A stretch of DNA of 64,000 nt from an uncultured bacterium (GTDB taxonomy: Bacteria; Actinomycetota; Nitriliruptoria; Nitriliruptorales; Nitriliruptoraceae): assembly GCA_963796225.1 (NCBI GenBank), contig CAWCLK010000057.1, forward strand, positions 11,173 through 75,172, given 5' to 3'. This document shows positions 47,466 to 58,205 of the stretch, piece after piece. A program made the translations under genes and the position numbers. The notes beneath the pieces were generated by a model. It was not told where the DNA came from. It saw only the letters and a program-made list of their open reading frames with translations, and did not search any database. Every line of letters starts with the position of its first letter. Position 1 is the first letter of the stretch.

Positions 47466-48173
47466 CTACGCACCGCCCTCGTCCCGCTGGCGCTTCTTGC
47501 CGACGCTGACGCGGTCGCCCGTGGCGACGAAGGCGGCGTCGCGGGCGATGGCCACGCCGTGGTCGGCGATGCGTTCGTAGTACCGGGCGAGCAGGCCCAT
47601 CACGAGCATCTCGTCGCGGGCGTCGTCCAGCTCGGCCGCGCGTTCGAGCAGCAGCTGCTGCAGTCGGTCGACGTCCTCGTCGAGGTCGTCGACGGCACGC
47701 ACGGCATCGGCGTCGTGGCGGCGCCAGGCGTCCACGCCGGCGCGGAAGACCTGGGCGGCGCGCTCGGCCAGCTCGCTGAGCTGGCCCCGCATGTGTTCCG
47801 GCATGAGCCGCGGGTCGAAGCGCTCGAGGGTCAGGCAGACGTGCTTGAGCAGCGCGGCGGAGCGGTCCACGTCGCTGGACAGGCGCAGCAGGGCCACCAG
47901 TCGGCGCAGGTCGTTCGCGACCGGCGCCTCGCGAGCCAGCAGGATGAAGGCGCGGTCCTCGACGTCCTCGACGCGCTCGCTGACGTCGATGGACATGTCG
48001 ATGGCGTCCTGCATGATGCTCTCGTCACCGCCGAGGAAGCCGGCGGTCAGGCGCGGGAGCGCGTCGGCCACGACCAGCGCGGCCGCGACGAAGTCGTCGT
48101 CCATGGCGTCCAGCTGGTTGTGGAACGCAATGCGCATCTCGTGGCCCGGGGGGCGTGGCGATGCCTGTGACAC
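47466..48173 (-). CDS. phoU: phosphate signaling complex protein PhoU
   Basis: GTG 48173 follows AGGAGG. PhoU repeats carry DVEDRAF and YYERIADHGVAIA. The stop abuts the regulator ATG. Confidence 0.85.
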   Translation of the reverse strand: MSQASPRPPGHEMRIAFHNQLDAMDDDFVAAALVVADALPRLTAGFLGGDESIMQDAIDMSIDVSERVEDVEDRAFILLAREAPVANDLRRLVALLRLSSDVDRSAALLKHVCLTLERFDPRLMPEHMRGQLSELAERAAQVFRAGVDAWRRHDADAVRAVDDLDEDVDRLQQLLLERAAELDDARDEMLVMGLLARYYERIADHGVAIARDAAFVATGDRVSVGKKRQRDEGGA

Positions 48174-48235
48174 GGTGCCTCCTGGCTTGTTCTGAAGACC
48201 CTACCGACGACCCGGCCCCCAACCTCTGACCCCGG

Positions 48236-48253
48236 GGTGTCCGGCAGATGAAC
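48236..48253 (-). promoter_or_regulatory. PHO-box-like repeats upstream of phoU
   Basis: Read on the minus strand: GTTCATCTGCC GGACACCCCGG. These two 11-nt units begin right after the pstB stop, about 65-80 nt before the phoU start. Confidence 0.35.
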
Positions 48254-48259
48254 GTGGTC

Positions 48260-49162
48260 TCAGCCGAACCGGCCCGAGACGTAGTTGAGGGTGGCCTCCT
48301 CGGCCGGCTGGGTGAAGATGACCTCGGTGCGGTCCATCTCGACCAGCCTCCCGGGCCTGCCGGTCCCCTCGATGTTGAAGAACCCCGTGCGATCGCTGAC
48401 GCGCGCCGCCTGCTGCATGTTGTGCGTCACGATCACGATCGTGTAGGTCTCCTTGAGCTGGTGGATGAGGTCCTCGATGGCCAGCGTGGAGATGGGGTCC
48501 AGCGCCGAGCACGGCTCGTCCATGAGCAGCACGTCGGGGTCCACCGCGATGGCCCGGGCGATGCACAGGCGCTGCTGCTGGCCCCCGGAGAGGCCCGAGC
48601 CCGGCTTGTCGAGCCGGTCCTTGACCTCCTCCCAGAGGTTCGCGCCCCGCAACGACCGCTCGACGAGCTCCTCGGCGTTCGGGACCTTCCTGGCGTTGAG
48701 CTTCAGGCCGGCGAGCACGTTGTCGCGGATCGACATCGTGGGGAAGGGGTTGGGCTGCTGGAAGACCATGCCGACCTTGCGCCGCACGAGCACCGGGTCG
48801 ACGTCCTTCGCGTAGAGGTCCTGGCCGTTGAGGACCACGTGGCCCTCGGCCCGGGCCCCGGGCACCACCTCGTGCATGCGGTTCAGCGAGCGCAGGAAGG
48901 TGGACTTGCCGCACCCCGAGGGCCCGATCAGCGCCGTGACCGACCGGGGGTCGATCGTCATGCTGACGTCCTCGACGGCCTTGAAGTCGCCGTAGTAGAG
49001 GCTGAGGTCGGTGACGTCGATCCGGTTGTGGTGGTCGTCGCTGCGGTCGATGCTGCCGGCCCCGGCGGCGACGCGGGCCAGGTCGGGGTTGGGGGCCTGG
49101 TCGGGTTCCACGGGCGAGCGCTCCGGTGCGGACAGCGACGACGAGCGGTCGGAGGGACTCAT
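48260..49162 (-). CDS. pstB: phosphate ABC transporter ATP-binding protein
   Basis: ATG 49162 overlaps the pstA stop (ATGA). [23 protein letters not shown] and LLMDEP are present. Confidence 0.95.
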   Translation of the reverse strand: MSPSDRSSSLSAPERSPVEPDQAPNPDLARVAAGAGSIDRSDDHHNRIDVTDLSLYYGDFKAVEDVSMTIDPRSVTALIGPSGCGKSTFLRSLNRMHEVVPGARAEGHVVLNGQDLYAKDVDPVLVRRKVGMVFQQPNPFPTMSIRDNVLAGLKLNARKVPNAEELVERSLRGANLWEEVKDRLDKPGSGLSGGQQQRLCIARAIAVDPDVLLMDEPCSALDPISTLAIEDLIHQLKETYTIVIVTHNMQQAARVSDRTGFFNIEGTGRPGRLVEMDRTEVIFTQPAEEATLNYVSGRFG

Positions 49163-50214
49163 CTCATGCCTTTCGGGGTCAGCACGCGCGCGGCGAGCCG
49201 GGCGAGTGCGAACAGCACACCGATCAGGAACATCAGGACGAGGGCGGCCGCCCAGCCCCGATCGTAGGAGGGCTGCGGCGGGACCCCCGGTGTCAGGTAG
49301 CTGTAGAAGACGAACAGGGGCAGCGAGGCCATCCGGCCGTCCATGGGGTTGAGGTTGGTGCTGGTGGTGATGCCGGCGGCCAGCAGCAGCGGGGCGGTCT
49401 CGCCGATCACCCGTGCGATGGCCAGGATGACGCCGGTCACGATGCCCGGCAGGGCGGTGGGCAGCACCACCTTGAGGATCGTGCGCCAGGTCGGCACGCC
49501 GAGCCCGTAGGCCGCCTCGCGCAGGCGCATCGGGACCAGGCGCAGCATCTCCTCGCTGGTGCGCACGACCACCGGGACCATCAGCACCGACAGCGCCACG
49601 GCACCTGCCAGGCCCGACCGGTAGCCGGGGTCGAAGATCGTGGTGAACAGGCCGACGGCGAACAGGCCGGCCACGATCGACGGGATGCCCGTCATGACGT
49701 CCACGAGCAGCGTGATCCACCGCGCGAGCCGGCCGCGTCCGTACTCGACGAGGTAGATCGAGACGAGCAGGCCGAGGGGCACCGAGATCAGCGTGGCGAT
49801 CGCGGTGATGATCAGCGTGCCCCAGATGGCGTGCTGGATGCCACCGCCCTCGCCGACCACGTTGCGCATGGTCTCGGTGAACAGGGCGAGGTCGAGGCGC
49901 CCCGTGCCGCGCGTCAGCGTCGTCCAGAACAGGCTGACGAGCGGCACCAGGGCCGTCGCGAAGGCGGCCGAGACCGTCACGGTCACGAGCCGGTCCGTGG
50001 CGCGCCGCCGTCCCTCGACCCGTCGCGACAGCCCGTAGGTCCCCACCGCGAAGGCGAGCACGCTCACCAGGAGCACGAGGATCACGTTCAGGCCGGGCAC
50101 CGGCAGGGAGACGGCGACCCCGAGCCCGAGCGACACGACGCCGACGAGCACCAGCGAGGACGTCCCGAGCTGCGGGGTGTGCAGCTCGAGGCCACCGGGA
50201 GCAGCAGACGACAT
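49159..50214 (-). CDS. pstA: phosphate ABC transporter permease PstA
   Basis: ATG 50214 lies inside ORF 49159..51033. The EAA-type loop is [15 protein letters not shown]. Confidence 0.9.
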   Translation of the reverse strand: MSSAAPGGLELHTPQLGTSSLVLVGVVSLGLGVAVSLPVPGLNVILVLLVSVLAFAVGTYGLSRRVEGRRRATDRLVTVTVSAAFATALVPLVSLFWTTLTRGTGRLDLALFTETMRNVVGEGGGIQHAIWGTLIITAIATLISVPLGLLVSIYLVEYGRGRLARWITLLVDVMTGIPSIVAGLFAVGLFTTIFDPGYRSGLAGAVALSVLMVPVVVRTSEEMLRLVPMRLREAAYGLGVPTWRTILKVVLPTALPGIVTGVILAIARVIGETAPLLLAAGITTSTNLNPMDGRMASLPLFVFYSYLTPGVPPQPSYDRGWAAALVLMFLIGVLFALARLAARVLTPKGMR

Positions 50215-50219
50215 GGTGG

Positions 50220-51179
50220 TCACTCCCCGCTGGTGCCGCCGGCGATGCGGCGGGCCAGGTAGTTGACGACGAAGGTCGCGGCGAACAGGACCAGGCCGCT
50301 GGCGAACAGGGCGTTGATCTCGATCCCGCTGGACTCGGGGAACTTCAGGGCGATGTTCGCCGCGATCGTCGACGGGTTCGAGGGGTTGAACAGCGCGAAG
50401 GTGACGAGGCCGGGACTGGGCGAGAGGACCAGCGCGATCGCCATGGTCTCGCCGAGGGCGCGGCCGAGGCCGAGCATCGCCCCGCCAACCACGCCGGAGC
50501 GGCCGTAGGGCAGCACGGCGGTGCGGATCATCTCCCACCGCGTCGCCCCGAGCGCGAGCGCCGCCTCCTCGTGCAGGCGGGGCGTCTGCAGGAACACCTC
50601 GCGGCTGATGGAGGCGATGATCGGCAGGATCATGACCGCCAGGACGATCGCGGCGGTCGCCATGTTGCGCCCGCTGGACACGACCGGTTCCCGGAAGAAC
50701 GGCAGGAACCCGAACCAGCGGGAGACGAGGTCGTAGATGGGGACGAAGAACGGGGCGAGGACGAAGATGCCCCAGAAGCCGTAGACGACGCTCGGCACCG
50801 CCGCCAGCAGGTCCACGGCGTAGCCGAGGATCCCAGCCAGCCGGCGCGGGGCGTAGTGCGTCATGAACAGCGCGATGGCCACCGCGACCGGGACGGCCAG
50901 CAGCAGGGCGATGATCGACGCCCAGATCGTCCCGAACAGCAGTGGCCACACGTAGTCGACGAAGCCGGTCGCGTTCGGCAGGTCGTCGGGGCCGGCCGAG
51001 AAGGCCGGCACCGACTGGACGAACAGGAACCACGCGACGCCGGCGAGCGTGACGAGGATGAGTACCCCCGCCCCCGTGGTGAGGCCCTTGAACAGGCGGT
51101 CCTGCGACCGGGTCGGTCGCTCACCGGCCAGGTCAGGACCGTCCACGGGGGCGGACGGCGCGGTCTCCGTCGTGCTCAT
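50220..51179 (-). CDS. pstC: phosphate ABC transporter permease PstC
   Basis: 319 aa. [15 protein letters not shown] is present. Confidence 0.9.
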   Translation of the reverse strand: MSTTETAPSAPVDGPDLAGERPTRSQDRLFKGLTTGAGVLILVTLAGVAWFLFVQSVPAFSAGPDDLPNATGFVDYVWPLLFGTIWASIIALLLAVPVAVAIALFMTHYAPRRLAGILGYAVDLLAAVPSVVYGFWGIFVLAPFFVPIYDLVSRWFGFLPFFREPVVSSGRNMATAAIVLAVMILPIIASISREVFLQTPRLHEEAALALGATRWEMIRTAVLPYGRSGVVGGAMLGLGRALGETMAIALVLSPSPGLVTFALFNPSNPSTIAANIALKFPESSGIEINALFASGLVLFAATFVVNYLARRIAGGTSGE

Positions 51180-51209
51180 GTGTCGAAACGACTCCCTACG
51201 GTGCGGCGG

Positions 51210-52334
51210 TCAGCCCGCCGCCGTGATGGACTCGATGACCGGCGTGAACTGGTCACGCAGGTCCTGCGAGATCGGGGCGGACCCGGCCGCGTCGGCCGCG
51301 GCCTGCTGGCCCTCCTCGGACCCGGTGTAGAGCATGAAGGCCTTCACCAGGTCAGCGGTCGCCTGGTCCTCGTACTGCAGGCAGACGATGTGGTAGCTGA
51401 CCAGCACGATCGGGTACACGCCCTCGGCGGTGGTGTCACGGGTCAGGTCGAAGGCGAAGTCGCCCTCGGGGCGGTCGGCGGCGGGCTCGGAGACCTCGAG
51501 GATCTTGGCCGCGGCCTCCGGCGAGTACGGGACGTACTCCTCGCCGACCTTCACCGCGACGGTGCCGAGGTCGCCGACCTGTGACGCGTCGGCGTAGCCG
51601 ATCGCGCCCTCGCCGGCGTTGACGGCCTGGATGACGCCCGACGTGCCCTGGGCGCCCTCGCCGCCGGCCTCGGTCGGCCACGTCTCGATGACGTCGTAGG
51701 GCCACGCGTCGCCGGCGGCCTGCGTGAGGTAGTCGGTGAAGTTCTCGGTGGTCCCCGAGTCGTCGGAGCGGTGGACCGGGTTGATGGTCGTGTCCGGCAG
51801 CTCGGCGTCCGGGTTCTGGTCGGCGATGGCCGGGTCGGTCCAGTTGGTGATGTCACCGGCGAAGATCCCGGCGATCGTGGCGGGGTCGAGCTGGAGGCCC
51901 TCGACACCCGGGAGGTTGTACGCCACGGCGATCGGGGAGACGTAGTGGGGGATGTCGACGGCCCCGCCGTCACCGGCACAGCGGTCGGCGGACTGCGCGA
52001 GCTCCTCGTCGTCCATGTAGGCGTCGGACCCGGCGAACATCGCCCCGCCGGACAGGAAGGTCTCGCGCCCCCCGCCGGAACCGACGGGGTCGTAGTTGAC
52101 GGTCACCTGCGGGTTGGCCTGCTGGAACCCGGCGACCCAGCCCTGCATGGCAGCCGCCTGGGAGCTGGCCCCCGCCCCGTTCAGCGTGCCGGCGAGGTCC
52201 GAGGACCCACCGTCCTGGGAGGCGCCGTCGGTGGCGGTGTCGGAGCTGCCGCCGTCGTCGGAGCCGCAGGCGGCGGCGGTGAGTGCCAGGCTGGCCACCA
52301 CGGCGGCGGTCAGCAGTCGGCGGGAGTGTCGCAT
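51210..52334 (-). CDS. pstS: phosphate ABC transporter substrate-binding lipoprotein
   Basis: ATG 52334 follows AAGGAG. Lipobox LALTAAACGS. GAGASSQ and VHRSDDSGTT are PstS motifs. Confidence 0.9.
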   Translation of the reverse strand: MRHSRRLLTAAVVASLALTAAACGSDDGGSSDTATDGASQDGGSSDLAGTLNGAGASSQAAAMQGWVAGFQQANPQVTVNYDPVGSGGGRETFLSGGAMFAGSDAYMDDEELAQSADRCAGDGGAVDIPHYVSPIAVAYNLPGVEGLQLDPATIAGIFAGDITNWTDPAIADQNPDAELPDTTINPVHRSDDSGTTENFTDYLTQAAGDAWPYDVIETWPTEAGGEGAQGTSGVIQAVNAGEGAIGYADASQVGDLGTVAVKVGEEYVPYSPEAAAKILEVSEPAADRPEGDFAFDLTRDTTAEGVYPIVLVSYHIVCLQYEDQATADLVKAFMLYTGSEEGQQAAADAAGSAPISQDLRDQFTPVIESITAAG

Positions 52335-52432
52335 CGAGTGGACTCCTTGGCGTTCGTGGCGTCGGGCGCACGACCGAGATGTCGGACGGAGGTCGGCTCC
52401 GTCGATCAGTGGTGCGGACGCTACGGAGGTCC

Positions 52433-52472
52433 GGCGAACGAGCCCGCACGTGGAGGTGACGGGAAGGTGAAC
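52433..52472 (-). promoter_or_regulatory. PHO box array (11-nt phased direct repeats) upstream of pstS
   Basis: Read on the minus strand: GTTCACCTTCC CGTCACCTCCA CGTGCGGGCTC GTTCGCCGGAC. The conserved heptamers lie at 52466..52472, 52455..52460 and 52433..52439, which is 100-140 nt before the pstS ATG. Confidence 0.6.
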
Positions 52473-52562
52473 GAGCGACCACAACTGTCCTTCGACGGCG
52501 CGAATCGGGGCCGGAAGGGGCCATGGCTACCCTCAGCCCCCGTCCATGCCCCAGGAGACGAC

Positions 52563-53635
52563 GTGCAGACCTGGCCCGGCGACCGCGGCGGCCACCTGTG
52601 GCCCAAGGACCGTGAGGTGGTCCGCGAGGACGGGGCCCGCATCCGCTACACGGTGCGCGGCAACCCCGACGGCCCCTGGGTCGCGTTCTGTGCCGGGTTC
52701 ATGTGCCCCGACAACTTCTGGGAGCACCTCGGGCCGTTGCTGCTCGAGCGGTACCGCTGCGTGTTCCTCAACTACCGCGGGGTCGGGGCGTCGACGGACC
52801 CACGCGAGCCCGGCTACCGCGGGTGGCGCCTGCGCCCCGGCGACTACACCATCGAGAAGTTCGCCGGCGACGTGCTCGCCGTGCTCGAGGCCGAGGGCGC
52901 CGAGGACGTCACGCTCATCGGCCACTCCATGGGCTGCCAGGTCGCGCTCGAGGGATGGCGTCAGGCGCAGCACCGCATCGCGTCACTGGTGCTGGTGACC
53001 GGCCCCTACGCCTCCCCGCTGCACACCTTCTACGGCTCCAAGCTCGGGGCCCGGCTGTTCCCGGTCGCCTACTGGGGACTGCCCACGCTGCCCCGCCCCG
53101 TGCAGAAGCAGGTCGGCAAGGCCATGCGCCTGCCCATCGCCATGCCGGTCGCCCGGCTGATCCGGGCGTTGGGTCCCCACACCCCCGCGTCGAGGGCATG
53201 GCCGGCTACTTCCAGCACTTCGGCAACGTCGACCCGCTGGTCGTCCTGAAGATCGCCCGCGGCATGCACGACTTCGACGCGGGGCCGTGGCTGCACACCG
53301 TCGACGTCCCGACGCTCGTCCTCGTCGGCAGCGAGGACACGTTCAGTCCGCCCGAGCTCGGTGACGTGGTCATCCGCCACGTCCCCGACAGCGAGCTGGT
53401 CACCATCGAGGGCGGCACGCACGGGGCGCTGCTCGAGTTCCCCGCCGAGATCCACGATGCCATCGCCGACTTCCTGCACCGGTCGCTCGGCCACGAGCCC
53501 GTGGCCCCGGTGGCCAGCAGCGACCGCGCGGGCGCCCCGCCGCCACAGCGCCTGATCAGAGGGGTCGGCGCGACGCAGCCGCTGGGCGCGCCCGATCGCG
53601 ACCCGTCGGCTCGCGCGCCGACGGGAAGTCAGTAG
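52563..53635 (+). pseudogene. alpha/beta hydrolase, frame broken in the C run 53182-53186
   Basis: GTG 52563 follows AGGAGA. GHSMG lies in the frame of ORF 51771..53249. After ..LGPHTP the continuation RVEGMAGYFQHFGNVDPLVVLK...EGGTHGALLEFP lies in ORF 52703..53635. One C appears to be missing. Confidence 0.75.
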
Positions 53636-54621
53636 GTCACCGAGGCGTACTCGCGCAGCTTCTCCAGCCGGTGGCGGGCGCGGACCACGCGGACGGTGCC
53701 GGACTTGGCCCGCATCATCAGCGTCTCGGTGGTGGCGCCCCGCCCGTCGAAGGTGACGCCCTCGACCAGCTGGCCCGGCGTGATGCCGGTGCAGGCGAAG
53801 AAGCAGTCCTCGGAGCGGACCAGGTCGTCGGTGTCGAGCACCTGGTCGACGTCGTAGCCGAGGTCGGTGGCCAGCGAGCGTTCCTCGTCGTTGCGGGGCC
53901 AGACCTTGCCCAGGATGCGACCGCCGAGGGCCTTGACGGCGCAGGCGGAGGTGACGCCCTCGGGCGTGCCGCCGATGCCGATGAGCATGTCGACCTCGGA
54001 CTTGGCCTCCCAGGCGGCCATGACCGCGCCGGCCACGTCGCCGTCGGTGATCAGCTGCAGCCGGGCGCCGGCCTCGCGCACCTCGCGCTTGAGCTCCTCG
54101 TGGCGGTCACGGTCGAGCATGACCACGACCATGTCGCGGACGTCCTTGCCGTTCGCGCGCGCGACCTTCTGCAGGTTGTCGGCGATCGGGGCGTCGATGT
54201 CGATGACGTCGGCCGCCGAGGGGCCGACGACCATCTTGTGCATGTACACCAGCGGGCCCGGGTCGAACATGGTCCCGGCCGGGGCGGCCGCGAGCACCGC
54301 CAGGGAGCCGGGGCGCCCCTCGGCGAGCAGGCGGGTGCCGTCGACCGGGTCGACGGCGATGTCGACGCCCGGCGGGTTGCCGGTGCCCACGCGCTCGCCG
54401 TTGTAGAGCATCGGGGCCTCGTCCTTCTCGCCCTCCCCGATGATGACGGTGCCGTCCATCTCGACCGACTCGAGCATCTTGCGCATCGCGTCGACGGCGG
54501 CCTGGTCCCCGCCCTCCTTGTCGCCGGTCCCCTGCCACCGGGCGGCCGCGAGCGCCGCCGCCTCGGTCACGCGGACGATCTCGAGGGCGAGGTTGCGATC
54601 CGGGCGCTCGGGATTGGGCAT
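53629..54621 (-). CDS. glpX: class II fructose-1,6-bisphosphatase
   Basis: ATG 54621 lies inside ORF 53629..54843. EGEKDEAPML, AVDPVDGT and IGIGGTPEGV are present. Confidence 0.9.
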   Translation of the reverse strand: MPNPERPDRNLALEIVRVTEAAALAAARWQGTGDKEGGDQAAVDAMRKMLESVEMDGTVIIGEGEKDEAPMLYNGERVGTGNPPGVDIAVDPVDGTRLLAEGRPGSLAVLAAAPAGTMFDPGPLVYMHKMVVGPSAADVIDIDAPIADNLQKVARANGKDVRDMVVVMLDRDRHEELKREVREAGARLQLITDGDVAGAVMAAWEAKSEVDMLIGIGGTPEGVTSACAVKALGGRILGKVWPRNDEERSLATDLGYDVDQVLDTDDLVRSEDCFFACTGITPGQLVEGVTFDGRGATTETLMMRAKSGTVRVVRARHRLEKLREYASVTY

Positions 54622-54718
54622 CGTCGGGCCTTTGCGGTCGTGACGGGCTCGGCAGCCTAGAGCCGCGGCGCAGTGGTCCCACGGTCGAATTCTGCCCGCT
54701 CGGCCCCGCGCCCGGCGA

Positions 54719-55396
54719 TCACGTCTCGGACTCCTCCTCGCCGCCGGGCGAGTAGTCGATGAGGTCGAGCGGCTGCACCACGCCGGCGACCACGCCCTCG
54801 AGGTTGGCGACGATGCGCTTGAGGTAGCGGTACAGCAGGGCACGCGGGACGGCGAACCGGGCGTCGCCCGGCGAGCGGACCAGGTCGGCGACGACCTCGT
54901 CGTACTCGCGCTGCATCTCGCGGCTGCGGTCGAGGAAGGGCTGGCCGCGCTCGGCGTCCTCGGTGCGGAAGATCTCGGCGGCGGCCCACATCATCTCGGA
55001 GACCTCGTCGCGAGCCGCCCGCAGCTGCTCCGCGTCCTCCGACTGCGACATGTCCACGTCGTAGGTCGCGAGGTCGTAGATGTTCTTGGCGTTGTCGCCG
55101 ATGCGCTCGACCTTGCGGCTGACCATCAGCACGACCAGGACCGAGGTGATGTCGCTGGTCCCGTGCACGCTGATGTGGACGACGAGCTCGCGCCGGACCT
55201 CGCGCTCGAGCTCGTTGATGCGGCGGTCGGTGCCGAAGATGTCGTCGGCCAGGGCCTCGGGCGCCGCCCCGGCCAGCAGGGCGCTCATGGCCTCGTCGAA
55301 GATGTGCCGGGCGTGGCCGAGCATCTCGGCGACGTGCCCGATCATCGTCTCGAGCCCCGGCTTCGCGCCGGCGCCCCGCAAGCTGTCCCAGATCAT
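54719..55396 (-). CDS. PhoU-domain protein paired with the Na/Pi cotransporter
   Basis: ATG 55396 follows GGAGA. The hallmark VERIGDNAKNI is present. Confidence 0.75.
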   Translation of the reverse strand: MIWDSLRGAGAKPGLETMIGHVAEMLGHARHIFDEAMSALLAGAAPEALADDIFGTDRRINELEREVRRELVVHISVHGTSDITSVLVVLMVSRKVERIGDNAKNIYDLATYDVDMSQSEDAEQLRAARDEVSEMMWAAAEIFRTEDAERGQPFLDRSREMQREYDEVVADLVRSPGDARFAVPRALLYRYLKRIVANLEGVVAGVVQPLDLIDYSPGGEEESET

Positions 55397-55405
55397 CCGG
55401 TTCTC

Positions 55406-56567
55406 CTAGCCGAAGACGAGCATGCCCACGAGGGGGACGACGACGAACACCCCACCGATGTACAGCGTCAGCAGGCGCCGATCCTCGGCCATCCGGCCCG
55501 CCATCCCCTGGGCGATGCGGATCGGGACGTTTCGGAGCACGGGCACACCGTAGAACAACAGGATCCCGGCCACGTTGAACAGGGTGTGGACCAGCGCGAT
55601 GGTCAGGCCCTCGGACCCCTCGGTCGCCAGGCTGGCCAGCAGTGCCGTCAGCGTCGTCCCGACGTTGGCGCCCGAGCGTGATCGGGTACAGCGTCGGCAG
55701 GGTGATCACGCCGGCGGCGGCGATCGGCACCAGCACCGAGGTCGTGATGCTGGACGACTGCACCGCCACGGTCGCAACCAGGCCGACCAGCATGGCGACC
55801 AGCCCGCTGCCGCCCCCGAGCACGCGGTTGAGCCGGACCTCCAGCGACCCGGCGACCAGGGCCTTCATGTTGCGTGTGATGAACGCCAGCGCGACGAAGA
55901 TCGCGATCAGCCCGCCCGCGAGCAGCACCAGCGCCAGCGCGGTGCCGCCGAGGCCCAGCCCCTCGAGCCCGCCGGTCAGCGCCTCGACCGGCTTCTCCAC
56001 CGCGGCCTTCACGGGACTGTCGAAGTCCGCACCGCCACCCCCGGCCACCAGGCCGGCCAGCCAGTGGGCCGTGCGGTCGAGGATGCCTGTCAGCAGCTCG
56101 AGCGGCAGCAGCACCGCGACCGTCAGCAGGTTGAAGACGTCGTGGACGGTCGCGGCGGCGACGGCGCGCTTGAACTCGACGGGCCGACGGATGCTGCCGA
56201 CCGACGCGAGCGTGTTGGTGACGCTGGTGCCGATGTTGGCACCCATCACCATCGGGACGGCCGCGCCGACGCTGAGCACGCCGGAGGCGACCAGGCCGAC
56301 GATCGTGGACGTCGTCACCGACGAGGACTGGACCAGCACCGTGGCCAGCACGCCGACGAACAGACCAGCGATCGGCGAGCTGACCCGCGTGAACAGCGCG
56401 TCCTGGACGTCGCTGCCGAGGGCGGCGATGCCGTCGGACAGCAGTCCCACGCCCGCGAGGAAGACGTACAGCAGCAGGAGCACCAGCAGTCCCCGGGCCC
56501 AGCCGGGCAGGCCGGACCGGGTGCGCTCGGCGGCCAGTGCCGGTCCCGACGTGTCGGGGTGCTCCAC
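55406..56567 (-). pseudogene. Na/Pi cotransporter family protein, frame broken at 55671-55673
   Basis: GTG 56567. VQSSSVTTS and VQSSSITTS repeats are present. After ..TLYPITLG the true continuation ANVGTTLTALLASLATEGSEGLTIALVHTLFNVAG...LVFG ends at TAG 55408..55406 in another frame. CTCGGGCGCC has one G too many. Confidence 0.8.
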
Positions 56568-56621
56568 TGCTCCATCCCCACGGTCGTCGGTCGTGTCGGG
56601 CGGAGCATAGGCACGGCGGCC

Positions 56622-56649
56622 GTCACGGGCCCGTCACCGCCGGGTCACC
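56622..56649 (+). promoter_or_regulatory. three GTCAC(C) heptamers at exact 11-nt spacing, 55-82 nt upstream of the Na/Pi cotransporter start
   Basis: GTCAC at 56622, GTCACC at 56633 and GTCACC at 56644. They lie inside the 3' end of the convergently oriented oxidoreductase gene, on the strand opposite to the transporter, so they may be coincidental. Confidence 0.25.
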
Positions 56650-57787
56650 GCCGCCGGCAGCTCCGCGGACGTGCAGCGCTCGGCCGTCGAGCGCCGCGTC
56701 GGCCGCCCGGCGTGCCAGTGCCGGGCCGAGCAGGTTCCCGTGCCCGCTGTAGCCGCCGACGACGTGGACGCCGTCCTCCACGGTCTGCGCCACCGGCAGC
56801 TCGTCGGCGGTGAACGCCGCCCGGGCGGCCCAGCGATGGGTGACGGGCGCGGTGACGCCGAGGCGGGCCAGCTCGGCGTCGAGGTGGGCCTGCACGTCGT
56901 CGGTCGGCACGGGGCGCGGCGCCCCACTCGTGCCTCGCCACCGACGTCGCGTCCGCCGCCGAGCAGCACCTCGCCGGTCGGCAGCTGCTGGACGTAGTCG
57001 TAGCCCCATCGCCGGTACTCGGGGCGCGGGCGGGCGACCTCGGGTCCGGGGCGGTCGCCAGCATCTGCAGCCGGGCCGTCCGCACGCCCCGTCGCCGCGC
57101 CAGGTCCGGGACCAGCGCCTCCAGTCCCCCGTCGACCGCCACGACGACCGCCCGCGCAGCGACCTCGGTGCCGTCGTCGAGTCGCACCCCGCGCGGCGAG
57201 ACGGCGGCGACCGGGGCCGGGGCGACCAGGCGCGCCCCCGCCTCGCGTGCCGCCGCGGCCATCCGGCGACAGCGGGCGACCGGATGGACGACCGCGTCGT
57301 CGGGGACCAGCAGCCCGACGCCCTCGGGGCCCTCGTAGTCCTCGGCCGGGAACCCGTCGTGCCGCAGGGCGGCCAGCTGGTCGGCGACGTCGACGCGCTC
57401 GACCGCGTCGGCCGCGAGCCGCAGGCTGCCCGTGCGTCGGGCCGTGGGTTCGGTGGCCACCTCCTCGTCGAGGAGATCCCGGGTCCAGGCGTAGGCGCGC
57501 ACGGCCACGTCCCGCCCCAGCTGCGCCACGGCGTCGTGGTGGAACAGCGCCAGGCCGGCGAGCAGGAAGCCGCCGTTGGCTCCGGCCGCCCCGGCGGCGA
57601 TGCCGACCGTGTCGAGGCCGACCACGTCCGCGCCCCGCCGTGCCAGCCGCTCGCACGCCGCCAGGCCCGACGCCCCCAGTCCCACGACGACGACGTCGGC
57701 GCGGGCAGGCAGGCGCCCCGGCCCCTCGACCTGGACCGGGGCGGGTGCCGCCAGGTCGAACCAGGCCGGGTGGGCCGTCGGCGTCAC
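56623..57787 (-). pseudogene. FAD-dependent oxidoreductase (DAO family) with two frame breaks
   Basis: GTG 57787 overlaps the upstream stop (GTGA). VVVVGLGASGLA is the dinucleotide-binding motif. The sequence moves from ORF 56645..58051 to ORF 56634..57656 near 57042-57044 (..LQMLATAPDP/EVARPRPEYRRWGYDY), and on to ORF 56623..57009 near 56911-56914 (..GRRAP/VPTDDVQAHL..GGYSGHG). Confidence 0.7.
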
Positions 57788-58179
57788 GGCGCGATGTGGT
57801 CCCGGACGGCCTGCACCAGCCCGTCGATGTCCGCCACCGTCACGGTCAGTCCGGGGTGCTTGAACAGGTCCTTCGAGACCAGCGCCCCGACGGGCTCGTG
57901 GAAGCACACGCACACGCCCGCATCGGTGTTGGTCCCGAAGGTGGCGCCGTGGTCGGTTCGCGAGCCCCGCGGCCCGATGGCCTTGAACCAGTGGTAGTCC
58001 CGGGTGACCTGCACGTCCTTGAGGTTGCTGACGGGGGTCTTCAGCCGCCACCGGCCGTAGCGCGCGTCGAAGAACTCGTCGTCGATGGTCACCGACGAGT
58101 TCTCGGGGCGGACGCCCAACAGCTTCAGCATCCCACGGAACCGGGGGTCGAAGGCGAACGCGAAGGTCTGCGACGGCAC
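57784..58179 (-). CDS. hypothetical 131-aa protein
   Basis: GTG 58179 follows AGGA, inside ORF 57784..58776. VPSQTFAFAFDPRFRGMLKLLGVRPENSSV... has high GC3. Confidence 0.5.
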   Translation of the reverse strand: MPSQTFAFAFDPRFRGMLKLLGVRPENSSVTIDDEFFDARYGRWRLKTPVSNLKDVQVTRDYHWFKAIGPRGSRTDHGATFGTNTDAGVCVCFHEPVGALVSKDLFKHPGLTVTVADIDGLVQAVRDHIAP

Positions 58180-58205
58180 GTGGGGATCCTGATGTCGGGG
58201 TCGGG

